This document shows, in pieces, positions 63,538-64,000 of a stretch of DNA of 64,000 bases (position 1 is its first letter; every line of letters begins with the position of its first letter). Both the position numbers and the translations under genes were made by a program. This DNA comes from an uncultured Synergistaceae bacterium (GTDB lineage: Bacteria; Synergistota; Synergistia; Synergistales; Synergistaceae), in NCBI GenBank assembly GCA_964522805.1, contig CAZFWP010000001.1, forward strand, positions 4,474 to 68,473. The letters are read 5' to 3'. Under the pieces are notes generated by a model, which saw only the letters and a list, made by a program, of their open reading frames with translations, was not told where the DNA came from and did not search any database.

Positions 63538-64000
63538 CTAATCAAAGATGCAGGAGGCCACGGGAATGATTAAAAATAGGGAAAATATTATTCTCATAAA
63601 ATAGATAGCCAGCATCTGCGCAAAACTCAAAGGAATTTCCGTGTGCCAGACATGGATAACCACTTCAGTGAGGTTTATCAGCCCCACTGCCGAGATGGCA
63701 ACGCAGATATAACGTGCCTCGGGGCTAAGAAGCACCTGCCCGAAGGTTACTGCCAAGAAGGGGTCAATAAAGGCGAAAACAGCCGCAGTCCCTAGTGCCT
63801 CAGGCTCACTCATATTGACTGCTTTAAAGAGACAGACAACCGGCGCCGACAGCAGATCGACTATCGGTGTGAAGTGAGTGAGAGCCATAAAGAAAGTACC
63901 TAGCGAGATCATCATCGGAATAGTTCCGAATATTAGCGGTAATGCTATCGACAGCGACTCGTGCAGATACTTTTTCACCGTCATGTGCTTAGCCTTAGCC
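63538..64000 (-). CDS. Polytopic membrane protein (possibly a nucleoside-recognition/YjiH-like family). The reading frame is still open at the right window edge.
   Basis: Hydrophobic 148+ aa. The frame upstream of the listed Met (63984) has no stop up to position 64000 (..AKAKHM..), so the true start may lie outside the window. Confidence 0.5.
   Translation of the reverse strand, partial: AKAKHMTVKKYLHESLSIALPLIFGTIPMMISLGTFFMALTHFTPIVDLLSAPVVCLFKAVNMSEPEALGTAAVFAFIDPFLAVTFGQVLLSPEARYICVAISAVGLINLTEVVIHVWHTEIPLSFAQMLAIYFMRIIFSLFLIIPVASCIFD

Noticed and set aside
1-64000. Search for CRISPR arrays, tRNA/rRNA genes, IS elements, integrases, toxin-antitoxin pairs and restriction-modification genes
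   Set aside because: None was found by eye. There are no spaced direct-repeat arrays, no cloverleaf-like GC-rich 75-nt segments in the spacers, and no transposase, recombinase or methyltransferase-like ORFs. The only defence-like candidate is the PLD-helicase-DUF3427 gene, reported above.

Overview
Dense, mostly housekeeping chromosomal window from a strictly anaerobic, amino-acid-using bacterium. That reading rests on gene content only: anaerobic ribonucleotide reductase NrdDG, a four-subunit ferredoxin-dependent 2-oxoacid oxidoreductase, a Mop-type molybdenum hydroxylase, a V-type ATPase, several radical-SAM enzymes and three solute ABC importers. A Synergistota- or Firmicutes-like lineage is plausible but cannot be verified here. 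I support about 60 protein genes; from 15.2 to 53.4 kb every gene is on the minus strand. Left to right: (i) C_GCAxxG_C_C protein, Mop-type aldehyde oxidoreductase and a GltD-like flavoprotein that runs off the left edge; (ii) an EamA transporter and a CobT-like TIGR00303 protein; (iii) a complete nine-gene V-type ATPase operon; (iv) an MBL hydrolase and MscL; (v) a peptide/nickel-type ABC operon headed by a truncated LacI-like gene; (vi) the 2-oxoacid:ferredoxin oxidoreductase gamma-delta-alpha-beta operon; (vii) Liv-type branched-chain amino-acid ABC operon 1; (viii) nrdR-nrdD-nrdG; (ix) an aminotransferase; (x) rpsU-yqeY; (xi) a 1053-aa PLD-helicase-DUF3427 protein; (xii) prmA-rsmE-mtaB; (xiii) Liv-type ABC operon 2; (xiv) hrcA-grpE-dnaK-dnaJ with a perfect CIRCE element; (xv) a histidine phosphatase-folP-folK-unknown operon; (xvi) an XRE-ImmA-radical SAM module followed by an OYE flavoenzyme and an RpiR regulator; (xvii) a lytic transglycosylase, a YbaK-like deacylase and a membrane protein that runs off the right edge. 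I saw no rRNA, tRNA, CRISPR array, transposase, integrase or obvious prophage. The most interesting signal is non-coding and below the ORF-track cutoff. It is a textbook ribosome-mediated attenuator on the minus strand at 26525-26325: promoter, Shine-Dalgarno, a 25-codon leader peptide with 9 Ile (six consecutive), and a hairpin followed by U9. It sits immediately upstream of the 2-oxoacid:ferredoxin oxidoreductase operon. Secondary leads are the XRE-ImmA-radical SAM module, the stand-alone PLD-helicase-DUF3427 gene inserted in a conserved synteny block, a terminator-like structure in the rpsU leader, and the folate operon with a phosphatase and no folB.
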